NCBI GenBank assembly: GCA_963667675.1
Contig: OY763929.1
Location: 719,386 to 783,385 of the forward strand
Length of the DNA stretch: 64,000 bases
DNA from: Dehalococcoidia bacterium
GTDB lineage: Bacteria; Chloroflexota; Dehalococcoidia; Lucifugimonadales; UBA3495
Reading direction: 5' to 3'
Numbering within the stretch: position 1 is the stretch's first letter; each line of letters starts with the position of its first letter. The notes under the pieces are model-generated. The model ran no database searches and had not been told where the DNA came from. It saw only the letters and a list, made by a program, of their open reading frames with translations. Below, one piece after another: positions 57,178 through 64,000 of this stretch. The translations under genes and the position numbers were made by a program.

Positions 57178-57453
57178 CTAGTCTCTGGGACTCAAAGACA
57201 GGGCATGGAATCCGAGGTCTACGGGCTGCCTTCCAACGTAATGGAGACTGAAGCGTCCCAAGCCGAATTTTTCACAGCCAATATCGTAGGCATCCCCTTC
57301 GTCGTTGTAGATGGCCACCACGTTGCCGTCATGGAGCAAGACTGTCCGACCCCAATGCTCTGCCTCCATTTGGTCCTTGACAGCGTCATAGGCTTCTTGA
57401 TTCTTTTCCAGTTCGGCAATTACTTCGGGCGGATGCATGATAAGCACCTCCAT
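57178..57453 (-). CDS. small DUF5678-like partner protein
   Basis: ...HWGRTVLLHDGNVVAIYNDEGDAYDIGCEKFG.... It ends 1 nt before the protease gene start. Confidence 0.55.
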   Translation of the reverse strand: MEVLIMHPPEVIAELEKNQEAYDAVKDQMEAEHWGRTVLLHDGNVVAIYNDEGDAYDIGCEKFGLGRFSLHYVGRQPVDLGFHALSLSPRD

Positions 57454-57913
57454 CTATTAAAGAACATATCAAGCCGATTATACGTTGTCAATCGTGGCTA
57501 AGTCTGGATAGAAGCAAAACGCACCGGAGGTTCCGCCCAGACCGGAGCAGGTGAATTCGCACTGCAACGGGCGCCTGGGTGTCGACGCGCTTGCCAAGGT
57601 GATTGGAGAGCAGAGCGACCTTGCGTAGGCCTCTATTCTTCCAACATGTCGGCGATGAACTGGATGGCGTCCGGGTTGGCCTTGTGCAACCTGAGCAACT
57701 CAGCTATTTCTTTTTGGGAATATAGTCCGGGGGTTATGTCCCCGGGATAGGACTCGCCTGGTCCGACTTCTGGAATCAGCAACTCCACGTGAATTGCCAC
57801 CGACAACGCAGCTTTCCCTGAAGTATGATTTCGCGTCTGTATGAGGGTTTAGGAGTCGAATTACTGACAACGACCGCTGGCCTGGGGCATCGGCTTATAC
57901 TACACTAGCCAAG

Positions 57914-58168
57914 GTGAGTATGGACGTCGTGCAAGTGGTCGTAACCCCTACGTTCGATTGGCTGGCTGAGCGCGCTTTGGCTTGCAGTTCCCGAATGCTT
58001 ATCGGAAGCCCGTACGTCAACAACGGCATCGTCAAGCTGACGGATATGGCGGCGAACAACGTTTCTCGCACCCTCGTCACCCGAACCGACCTGCGCGACT
58101 TTGCTATCGGCGCATCCAACTTGGATACCCTGTGCCATCTGGCAAATCATGCCCCGCGTTTCTGTTGA
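57914..58168 (+). CDS. hypothetical 84-aa ORF, possibly an N-terminal fragment of a larger (PLD-nuclease-like?) protein
   Basis: ...ALACSSRMLIGSPYVNNGIVKL.... It ends abruptly just before the T-box promoter region. Weak evidence. Confidence 0.3.
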   Translation: MSMDVVQVVVTPTFDWLAERALACSSRMLIGSPYVNNGIVKLTDMAANNVSRTLVTRTDLRDFAIGASNLDTLCHLANHAPRFC

Positions 58169-58224
58169 CACGCAATCACCCGTGTGGTAGGTTTGTCGCC
58201 AAAGGCTGTGATGGAGACGAGTAG

Positions 58225-58470
58225 GTAAGGGTAGGCGGAGAGCGAGCCTGGGTTGGTGTGAGCAGGCGCGCCGAACTTGTCCGAAAATCCCTCCGGAGCC
58301 GCCGGCTGAAGTCCTTCTAACGAAGGCTGGGTAGGCCGAGACGGGGTCGTCGCCCGTTAGCAACGACGGGGCATGTTGGTGTCCTGCTAGAGAGGCCCGC
58401 CTGAGGCGGGCAAATAGGGTGGTACCGCGGGAATCATTGAGTCCCGTCCCTATAAAGGGCGGGATTTTTC
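58225..58470 (+). promoter_or_regulatory. T-box riboswitch leader (candidate Leu specifier CUU) with intrinsic terminator
   Basis: GAGTAGGTAAGG, GGAGAGCGAGCC and GGTTGGTGTGAGC are Stem I elements. Specifier context GAA-CTT-G at 58273-58279. T-box sequence AGGGTGGTACCGCGGGA at 58416-58432. Terminator TCCCGTCC/GGGCGGGA plus T5 at 58442-58469. Confidence 0.8.
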
Positions 58471-58637
58471 TTTGTCCAAGTAGCGGCCCTCCCGACGCTC
58501 TTCTCAGCAGGTTGAGCATCAGGGTGAGGCATCGTCGTCGGGACGATGGGACATTCACAATTGATGGGGCCACTCTCCCGGCCCTGGGAGGGAAAAGCCC
58601 TGCGGAGGCCGCCGTGAAATCCAGCGTGGAACCCAAG

Positions 58638-60317
58638 GTGAAACTAAAGGGCGCCGAGATAATGTGCGAGAGCCTGCTGCGGGAGGGCGTCGACGTTATC
58701 TTCGGCTATCCCGGCGGGGCAATATTGCCCTTCTACGACGCTCTGTGGAGCTATCCGCAACTGCGCCACATCCTGGTGCGGCACGAACAGGCGTCGGCCC
58801 ACGCCGCCGACGCATACGCCAGGGTTACCGGCAGGCCCGGAGTCTGCGTGGCCACCTCCGGCCCCGGCGCCACCAACCTGGTCACCGGCATCATGGGAGC
58901 CAAGTCCGACTCGGTGCCCATGATCGCCATCACGGGCCAGGTCGCCAGGCCGGTAATGGGTACGGAAGCGTTCCAGGAATGCGACATCTGCTCCATCGCC
59001 GCCGCCTTCACCAAGAAGACCTACCTGGTCATGTCGCCCGGCGACCTGGCAACAATATTCCGGGAAGCCTTCTTCACGGCCCTGGACGGTCGGCCGGGGC
59101 CCGTTCTGATCGACGTGCCGCGAGACGTGCAGTTGGAGGAGACGGAGGTCGAATTCCCCGAAATCCCTGAGCCCTGCGCCATCCCGGTGTCCGATGAGAC
59201 CATGGCGGCGGTGCACGACGCGGCCCGGCTGATCGGCGAGGCCAAGCGGCCGGTGATAATAAGCGGGCACGGAGTGCTCAGTTCGGGGGCTTCGGCCGAG
59301 GTCAAAGCCCTGGCCGAGACCACCGGCATCCCGGTGATCAGCACCCTGCTGGGGCTCAGCGGTTTTCCGGCCAACCATCCCCTGAACCTGGGCATGATGG
59401 GGATGCACGGCATGTACTGGTCCAACATGGCGGTGGACCAGGCGGACGTGATAATCGGCCTGGGGATGCGGTTCGACGACCGGGTGACCGGCAAGGCGTC
59501 CACCTTCGCTCCCCACGCCCGGATAATCCACCTGGACATCGAGCCTTCACAGGTGGGGCGGAACGTGCCGGTGGAGGTGCCTTTAGTCGGCGACGCCAAG
59601 GCGGTGCTGCAGGCCCTGCTGCCCCTGGTGAGCTACGTGGACCGCCCGGAGTGGATGGGCTTCATCCGGGACCAGCGGCGGGACCATCCGTCGTTGGAGA
59701 TACCCAAGTCGGAAATCCTGCAGGCCCAGCAGGTCATGACTGCGCTGAACGGGCTGATCCAGGAAGACCCGGAGACGGTCGTAGTTACGGGGGTCGGTCA
59801 GCACCAGATGTGGGCCGCCCAATTTCTGGACTTCAACCGGACCAACAGCTTCGTCTCCTCGGGCGGACTGGGGGCCATGGGCTTCGAGCTGCCCGGCGCC
59901 TTGGGCGCCCAGGCGGCCCGTCCCGATGCAACGGTGTGGAGCATCGCCGGCGACGGCGGCTTCCAGATGACCCTGCAGGAACTGGCCACGGCCATGGAAG
60001 CCAAGCTGCCGGTGAAAGTGGCCCTGTTCAACAACGGCTACCTGGGGATGGTACGGCAGTGGCAGGAGCTGTTCTTCGAGCAGCATCTTAAAGAAGTCCC
60101 GATCCCGGGCCCCGACTACGTCAAGCTGGCCAACGCCTACGACGTACCGGCCCTGCGGGTAACCGACCCGGAGGACGTGCTTCCGGCCCTGCGCCAGGCC
60201 CAACAGTACGACGGGCCGTTCCTGATCGAGTTCGTGGTCGAGCCGGTGGGCAACGTCTATCCCATGGTGCCCCCCGGCGGCTCCCTGGCCGACACGGTGG
60301 AAGACCCGTCGTTGTAG
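58638..60317 (+). CDS. acetolactate synthase large-subunit paralog (no adjacent small subunit)
   Basis: VKLKGAEIMCESLLREGVDVIFGYPGG..., and the ThDP motif GGLGAMGFELPGALGA...IAGDGGFQM. A GTG 58638 or ATG 58662 start is likely. The track start 58419 lies inside the T-box leader. Confidence 0.9.
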   Translation: MKLKGAEIMCESLLREGVDVIFGYPGGAILPFYDALWSYPQLRHILVRHEQASAHAADAYARVTGRPGVCVATSGPGATNLVTGIMGAKSDSVPMIAITGQVARPVMGTEAFQECDICSIAAAFTKKTYLVMSPGDLATIFREAFFTALDGRPGPVLIDVPRDVQLEETEVEFPEIPEPCAIPVSDETMAAVHDAARLIGEAKRPVIISGHGVLSSGASAEVKALAETTGIPVISTLLGLSGFPANHPLNLGMMGMHGMYWSNMAVDQADVIIGLGMRFDDRVTGKASTFAPHARIIHLDIEPSQVGRNVPVEVPLVGDAKAVLQALLPLVSYVDRPEWMGFIRDQRRDHPSLEIPKSEILQAQQVMTALNGLIQEDPETVVVTGVGQHQMWAAQFLDFNRTNSFVSSGGLGAMGFELPGALGAQAARPDATVWSIAGDGGFQMTLQELATAMEAKLPVKVALFNNGYLGMVRQWQELFFEQHLKEVPIPGPDYVKLANAYDVPALRVTDPEDVLPALRQAQQYDGPFLIEFVVEPVGNVYPMVPPGGSLADTVEDPSL

Positions 60318-60412
60318 TCAGGCCGCTGAGGCGGCCGAGCCCGGAATCTCCTAACGTCACCGATGGCGGCTAGCGGATTCGCCGCCGGTAGCTGCAGCCC
60401 CAGGAGGCTGAC

Positions 60413-60817
60413 GTGGTTAGGGTCAGAATCCAAGAGGCGTCCCGCCGGCTGAACGTCTCCCAGCGGACCATCAGGGAGTCGATACGCAGCGGCGAGTTGA
60501 AGGCCTTCCGGGAGCGCGGCCCCCAGGGCGAGTACTGGGTCGTGGAGCTGCCCGAAGAGGGGTGGCTGGACCGGCACAAGAAGTCCTACTTGGAGTTGGA
60601 CAGCCAACTGCCCCACTGGTGGTGGAACAACGAGGAAAAGACGGGCGAGGTCCACTACATCCAAGACCTGGGCATCGAGGAGATAGAGCCGGTATACCTG
60701 TGCGGCCTGCGGGGCGAGAACATCTGGAGCGCGGCAGGCCACTCGCCGGACGACAGGTGCGCCGAGTGCATGGAGGCGGCCCTGGCCATGGGGCTGCCGC
60801 TGGACCCGCGGGCCTAA
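60413..60817 (+). CDS. excisionase/MerR-type HTH protein with a Cys-containing C-terminal region
   Basis: IQEASRRLNVSQRTIRESIRSGELKAF matches the HTH_17-like pattern. The C-terminus has CGL...CAEC. Confidence 0.5.
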   Translation: MVRVRIQEASRRLNVSQRTIRESIRSGELKAFRERGPQGEYWVVELPEEGWLDRHKKSYLELDSQLPHWWWNNEEKTGEVHYIQDLGIEEIEPVYLCGLRGENIWSAAGHSPDDRCAECMEAALAMGLPLDPRA

Positions 60818-60820
60818 GGA

Positions 60821-62224
60821 CTAGCCCACGCCCGGCTGAGTCATAGCCTCGGGCTTCAGCAGGCGGTCGAGTTCTTCGTCGGACAGGTCGGTCTTCAGCT
60901 TGGCCACTTCCCGGATGGTCTTGCCGGTTGCAGCGGCTTCCTTGGCGATGGCCGCGGCGGCGTCGTATCCGATGGCCGGCGACAGGGCGGTCCCCAGCAT
61001 CAAGCCACGTTCCACCATGTCCGGCCCCGCGGAGGTTGCCTGGATTCCGCTGACGCACTGGCGGGAGAAGTTGCTCGCCGAGGCCGCGAGCAGGGAGACG
61101 GACTGGAGCAAATTGTAGGCGGCGACGGGCATCATGGTGTTCAACTCGAAGTAGCTTCCCTGGCCCGCCAGGGCCACCGCGGCGTCGTTGCCCACCACGT
61201 GGGCCACCACCTGGACCACCGACTCGGATATGACCGGATTGACCTTGCCGGGCATTATGGAACTGCCCGGCTGCACCTCGGGCAGGGTTATCTCGCCCAG
61301 TCCCGCCCTGGGGCCGGAGGCGATGAAGCGGATGTCGTTGGCGACCTTGTGCAGGCTGACGGCGACGGTCTTGAGGATGCCGCTGGCCTCGACCACGGCG
61401 TCCAGCGTGGATTGCGCCTGGAAGTGATTCCCCGTCTCCCTGACGCTGACGCCGGCTATCTCGCAAAGGGTCCGGCAGGTCTTGGAGGCGAACTCGGGGT
61501 GGGTGTTCACGCCGGTGCCCACGGCGGTGCCGCCCAGGGCCACCTCGGACAAGGCCTCCTGGAGCCGCTCCAGTCGCAGCAGGCTGTACTCCACCTGCCC
61601 GGCGTAGCCCAGGAATTCCTGACCCAAGCGGACGGGGGTTGCGTCCTGCAGGTGGGTGCGGCCGGTCTTGACTATGGGCCAGAACTCCTGAGACTTGCGT
61701 TCGAGTTCGGCCTTGAGGTCCTGCAACGCCGGGACCAGGTCTTCGCGGACGGCCATCAACGCCGCCAGGTGTATGGCGGTGGGAATGACGTCGTTGGACG
61801 ACTGGCCCATGTTCACGTGGTCGTTGGGGTGCACCAGCCGGGAGCCCGGCTCGGCCCCCAGAATCTGCGAGGCCCGGTTGGCGATGACCTCGTTGGCGTT
61901 GGTGTTGGTGGAGGTGCCGGAACCGGTCTGGAAGATATCTAGGACGAAGTGCTGGTCGAGGCGGCCTTCGGCGACCTCTCCGGCGGCTGACACAATGGCT
62001 TCGGCTATGTTCTGGTCCAGCAGTCCCAGGGAGGCGTTGGCCCTGGCGGCGGCCAGCTTTATCAGTCCCAGGGCGCGGAGAAAGGTCCTGGGAAACCGGA
62101 GATCGCTGATGGGGAAGTTGAGCACGGCCCGCATGGTGGAGGCGCCGTACAAGGCGTCTTGAGGGACCTCCATGGGCCCCATGGAATCGCGCTCAATTCT
62201 AACGTTGCTCTTGGAATCGGACAT
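60821..62224 (-). CDS. fumC: class II fumarate hydratase
   Basis: RIERDSMGPMEVP, FQTGSGTSTNTNANEV, GRTHLQDATP, GGTAVGTGVNTHPE and GSSIMPGKVNP. It is closer to the FumC pattern than to AspA. Start at ATG 62224 (MSDSKSNVRIE). Confidence 0.8.
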   Translation of the reverse strand: MSDSKSNVRIERDSMGPMEVPQDALYGASTMRAVLNFPISDLRFPRTFLRALGLIKLAAARANASLGLLDQNIAEAIVSAAGEVAEGRLDQHFVLDIFQTGSGTSTNTNANEVIANRASQILGAEPGSRLVHPNDHVNMGQSSNDVIPTAIHLAALMAVREDLVPALQDLKAELERKSQEFWPIVKTGRTHLQDATPVRLGQEFLGYAGQVEYSLLRLERLQEALSEVALGGTAVGTGVNTHPEFASKTCRTLCEIAGVSVRETGNHFQAQSTLDAVVEASGILKTVAVSLHKVANDIRFIASGPRAGLGEITLPEVQPGSSIMPGKVNPVISESVVQVVAHVVGNDAAVALAGQGSYFELNTMMPVAAYNLLQSVSLLAASASNFSRQCVSGIQATSAGPDMVERGLMLGTALSPAIGYDAAAAIAKEAAATGKTIREVAKLKTDLSDEELDRLLKPEAMTQPGVG

Positions 62225-62447
62225 CGAATCACTATCCTGGCAATGGATTGGCCCCGTGTCGCGCCCGTAGCCTAGGCACGTGGGCCGAAAGGGCCGGGAA
62301 CCTATGTTGCCACCGTCGTTGGTTTTTGGCAACCGGCGGGCCTATGCCGGACTGAGAGAGCCGCTCTTTCCACGGCCCGCATTATTCTTGGAACAGTTTT
62401 GGGGGGGTAGGTCAAGGATACTCTCACTTCACTCTCCCTTGCATGCC

Positions 62448-62476
62448 TTGACAACCCTGCAGGGCGCTGGTAATAT
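62448..62476 (+). promoter_or_regulatory. sigma70-type promoter (TTGACA, 17 nt, TAATAT)
   Basis: Consensus -35 at 62448-62453, a 17-nt spacer, and a near-consensus -10 at 62471-62476. The predicted transcription start at ~62483 is 0-3 nt before ATG 62485. Confidence 0.5.
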
Positions 62477-62484
62477 CCGCCTTG

Positions 62485-62568
62485 ATGTTCGCAGTTATGT
62501 GCTTGTGTTGTTGTCCATGGGAGGCCAGAGAGCCTTCTGCTCGGACACGCGCGGCGGCGAACACCTAG
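62485..62568 (+). CDS. candidate leader peptide MFAVMCLCCCPWEAREPSARTRAAANT (4 Cys in 5 codons)
   Basis: 27-codon ORF between the promoter and the terminator, upstream of cysH-cysD. Cys codons lie at 62500-62502 and 62506-62514. Confidence 0.4.
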   Translation: MFAVMCLCCCPWEAREPSARTRAAANT

Positions 62569-62598
62569 CGCAGACAGAACAGAAGCAAAGAACTCTGG

Positions 62599-62627
62599 CC
62601 CCCTCCAAGTGCGGAGGGGGTTTTTTT
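62599..62627 (+). terminator. intrinsic terminator in the cysHD leader
   Basis: CCCCCTCC, loop AAGTGC, GGAGGGGG, followed by T7. It lies 30 nt upstream of the cysH start. Confidence 0.75.
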
Positions 62628-62656
62628 GTGCCCGGATAGCCTGAGACGGAGCAAGG

Positions 62657-63406
62657 ATGCCGGTACTAGAGACAAATAGATTGGGTATAGAAGAGCTTGC
62701 CGACTTGAACGAGCGGTTCGAGTCGGCCCAGCCGGGCGAGGTTCTTGCGTGGGTCGATGCGCGTTTCGGCGCCGCGGCGGCCCAGATGTCCAGTTTCGGC
62801 CTGGAAGACGTGGCGCTGTTCGAGATGTTCTGGCGAGTGAACCCGCAGGCGCGGTTGATGACGCTGGACACCTGGCGGCTGCCTACTGAAACCTACACGG
62901 TGATGGACCAGACCCGGCTTCGCTACAACGCGCACATCGAGGTGTACCAGCCCGACCCTGAGGCTGTGGCGAGAATGGTCGGGGAGCACGGGTTCAATCT
63001 GTTCTACCGGGGCCGGGAGCATCGCCTGGCCTGCTGTCACGTGCGTAAGGTGGAGCCCTTGGAGCGCGCCCTGGCGGGCGTCGACGCATGGATTACGGGC
63101 CTGCGGCGCGACCAGGGGATGGAGAGGGGCAACATAGGAATCGTCGAGTGGGATGCACCCCACGGCAACTACAAGGTCAACCCGCTGGCAAACTGGACTT
63201 TCGAGGAGGTACGACAGTACGTGGACGAGCACGCTGTTCCCTACAACGAACTACACGACATGCACTACCCATCGATCGGGTGCGCGCCATGTACGCGGGC
63301 CGTAGAGCCGGGAGAGGACCCACGGGCCGGGCGATGGTGGTGGGAGTCGGACCCCAACGCCAAGGAATGCGGGCTGCACCTGGTGGCGGCGGAGGCTCGT
63401 TCATGA
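62657..63406 (+). CDS. cysH: assimilatory APS/PAPS reductase (Fe-S type: CC...CxxC present)
   Basis: ...LACCHVRKVEPL..., ...IGCAPCTRAV..., and the C-terminal KECGLH motif. Confidence 0.9.
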   Translation: MPVLETNRLGIEELADLNERFESAQPGEVLAWVDARFGAAAAQMSSFGLEDVALFEMFWRVNPQARLMTLDTWRLPTETYTVMDQTRLRYNAHIEVYQPDPEAVARMVGEHGFNLFYRGREHRLACCHVRKVEPLERALAGVDAWITGLRRDQGMERGNIGIVEWDAPHGNYKVNPLANWTFEEVRQYVDEHAVPYNELHDMHYPSIGCAPCTRAVEPGEDPRAGRWWWESDPNAKECGLHLVAAEARS

Positions 63407-64000
63407 TTGCAACCAGTACACTGGCGATGCCGCCTGGGGCCAACGGGCATGACACGCAATCCGAGTCCAGGCATTTGCATGCCCTGGAGTCGGAAGCGGT
63501 ACACATCATCCGGGAAGTGGTGGCGGAATTTGACCGGCCGGGGCTGCTGTTCTCCGGCGGCAAAGACTCGGCGGTGCTGCTTCATCTAGCGGCCAAGGCG
63601 CTGCGGCCGGCCCACCTGCCGTTCCCCGTGATTCACATCGACACCGGCCACAACTTTCCAGAGGTCCTTGCTTTCCGCGACCGGGTGGTCGAGAGGCTTG
63701 GCGTGGATCTGGTCGTGGGCTCGGTTGACGAGGCAATTGCTTCAGGGCTCATTCCGGTTCCACCTTCACCTGATTACTCCCGCAACCGCATGCAGACGCC
63801 GGTGCTGCTGGAAACCCTCAACCGCGGCAAGTTCACTGCGGTTTTCGGCGGCGCGCGACGGGATGAGGAACGTTCACGAGCCAAAGAACGGGTGTATTCG
63901 GTGCGCGACGAATTCGGCCAGTGGGACCCGAGGAACCAGCGGCCGGAAGTGTGGGACATTTACAATGGCAGCATCGGGCTGGGCCAGCACATGCGGGTCT
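63403..64000 (+). CDS. cysD: sulfate adenylyltransferase subunit 2 (partial; continues past the window end)
   Basis: ATGA overlap with the cysH stop. LHALESEAVHIIREVVAEF..PGLLFSGGKDSAVLLHLA..., IDTGHNFPE, FGGARRDEERSRAKER. The frame is open to base 64000. Confidence 0.9.
   Translation, partial: MIATSTLAMPPGANGHDTQSESRHLHALESEAVHIIREVVAEFDRPGLLFSGGKDSAVLLHLAAKALRPAHLPFPVIHIDTGHNFPEVLAFRDRVVERLGVDLVVGSVDEAIASGLIPVPPSPDYSRNRMQTPVLLETLNRGKFTAVFGGARRDEERSRAKERVYSVRDEFGQWDPRNQRPEVWDIYNGSIGLGQHMRV

Noticed and set aside
57633-57800. Short (~55 codon) minus-strand ORF ending ...SQKEIAELLRLHKANPDAIQFIADMLEE.
   Set aside because: Only TTG or GTG starts are available, it has no RBS, it is below the track threshold, and I recognised no motif. 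It may be a gene remnant, but I cannot support it as a feature.
60471-61466. 331-aa minus-strand ORF overlapping fumC and the HTH gene.
   Set aside because: It is an alternative frame of fumC DNA. Its translation is extremely Arg/Gly/Pro-rich, whereas the fumC frame carries all class II fumarase signatures.
62280-62639. 119-aa plus-strand ORF spanning the fumC 5' end and the cys leader.
   Set aside because: It crosses a divergent gene start, a strong promoter and an intrinsic terminator. The 27-codon Cys-rich ORF in another frame fits the regulatory architecture better.

Overview
High-GC (about 60-65% by eye) bacterial chromosomal window. The gene content and the dense families of short palindromic intergenic repeats suggest an uncultured Chloroflexota-like genome, but that is inference only.

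Core genes:
- A Leu-type T-box leader followed by ilvB-ilvN-ilvC-leuA.
- A second T-box-controlled stand-alone acetolactate synthase.
- A fused accD/accA, tilS, tsaD, fumC and cysH-cysD.
- A SulP transporter, a beta-carbonic anhydrase, a LivK-like binding protein and a DUF59+Mrp Fe-S pair.
- A quinone oxidoreductase and a tandem-fused family III CoA-transferase.

Accessory and decaying DNA is interleaved with these:
- Three type II toxin-antitoxin (TA) pairs: two hicAB and one DUF104/vapC.
- An IS110 element.
- Two roughly 80-85% identical AttH/CrtC-like lipoprotein paralogs that bracket a rearrangement hotspot.
- A triple-frameshifted esterase and an MMPL transporter with an in-frame TAA.
- Two lower-GC islands.

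Most unusual observations:
1. A ~3.7 kb low-GC island (35.9-39.6 kb) bracketed by remnants of the qor 3' end. It encodes a large protein with a GrpE-like C-terminus, translationally coupled to a divergent Hsp70/actin-fold ATPase. No J-protein is present.
2. Three separate loci where inserted DNA is bracketed by copies of a gene's 3' end (HPP gene, qor, tRNA-Ile), with no integrase in sight.
3. A peroxiredoxin with an in-frame TGA at the peroxidatic Cys position and a SECIS-like hairpin downstream, which makes it a candidate selenoprotein.
4. A near-leaderless Cys-rich mini-ORF plus terminator upstream of cysHD, a candidate cysteine attenuator.
5. A low-GC operon pairing a carboxynorspermidine-decarboxylase-like enzyme with a DUF3326-like protein. 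It is flanked by two small-protein + retropepsin-like protease modules, one of them split at a G_GGU_UUC heptamer.

All functional calls come from motif recognition by eye. No database search was run.
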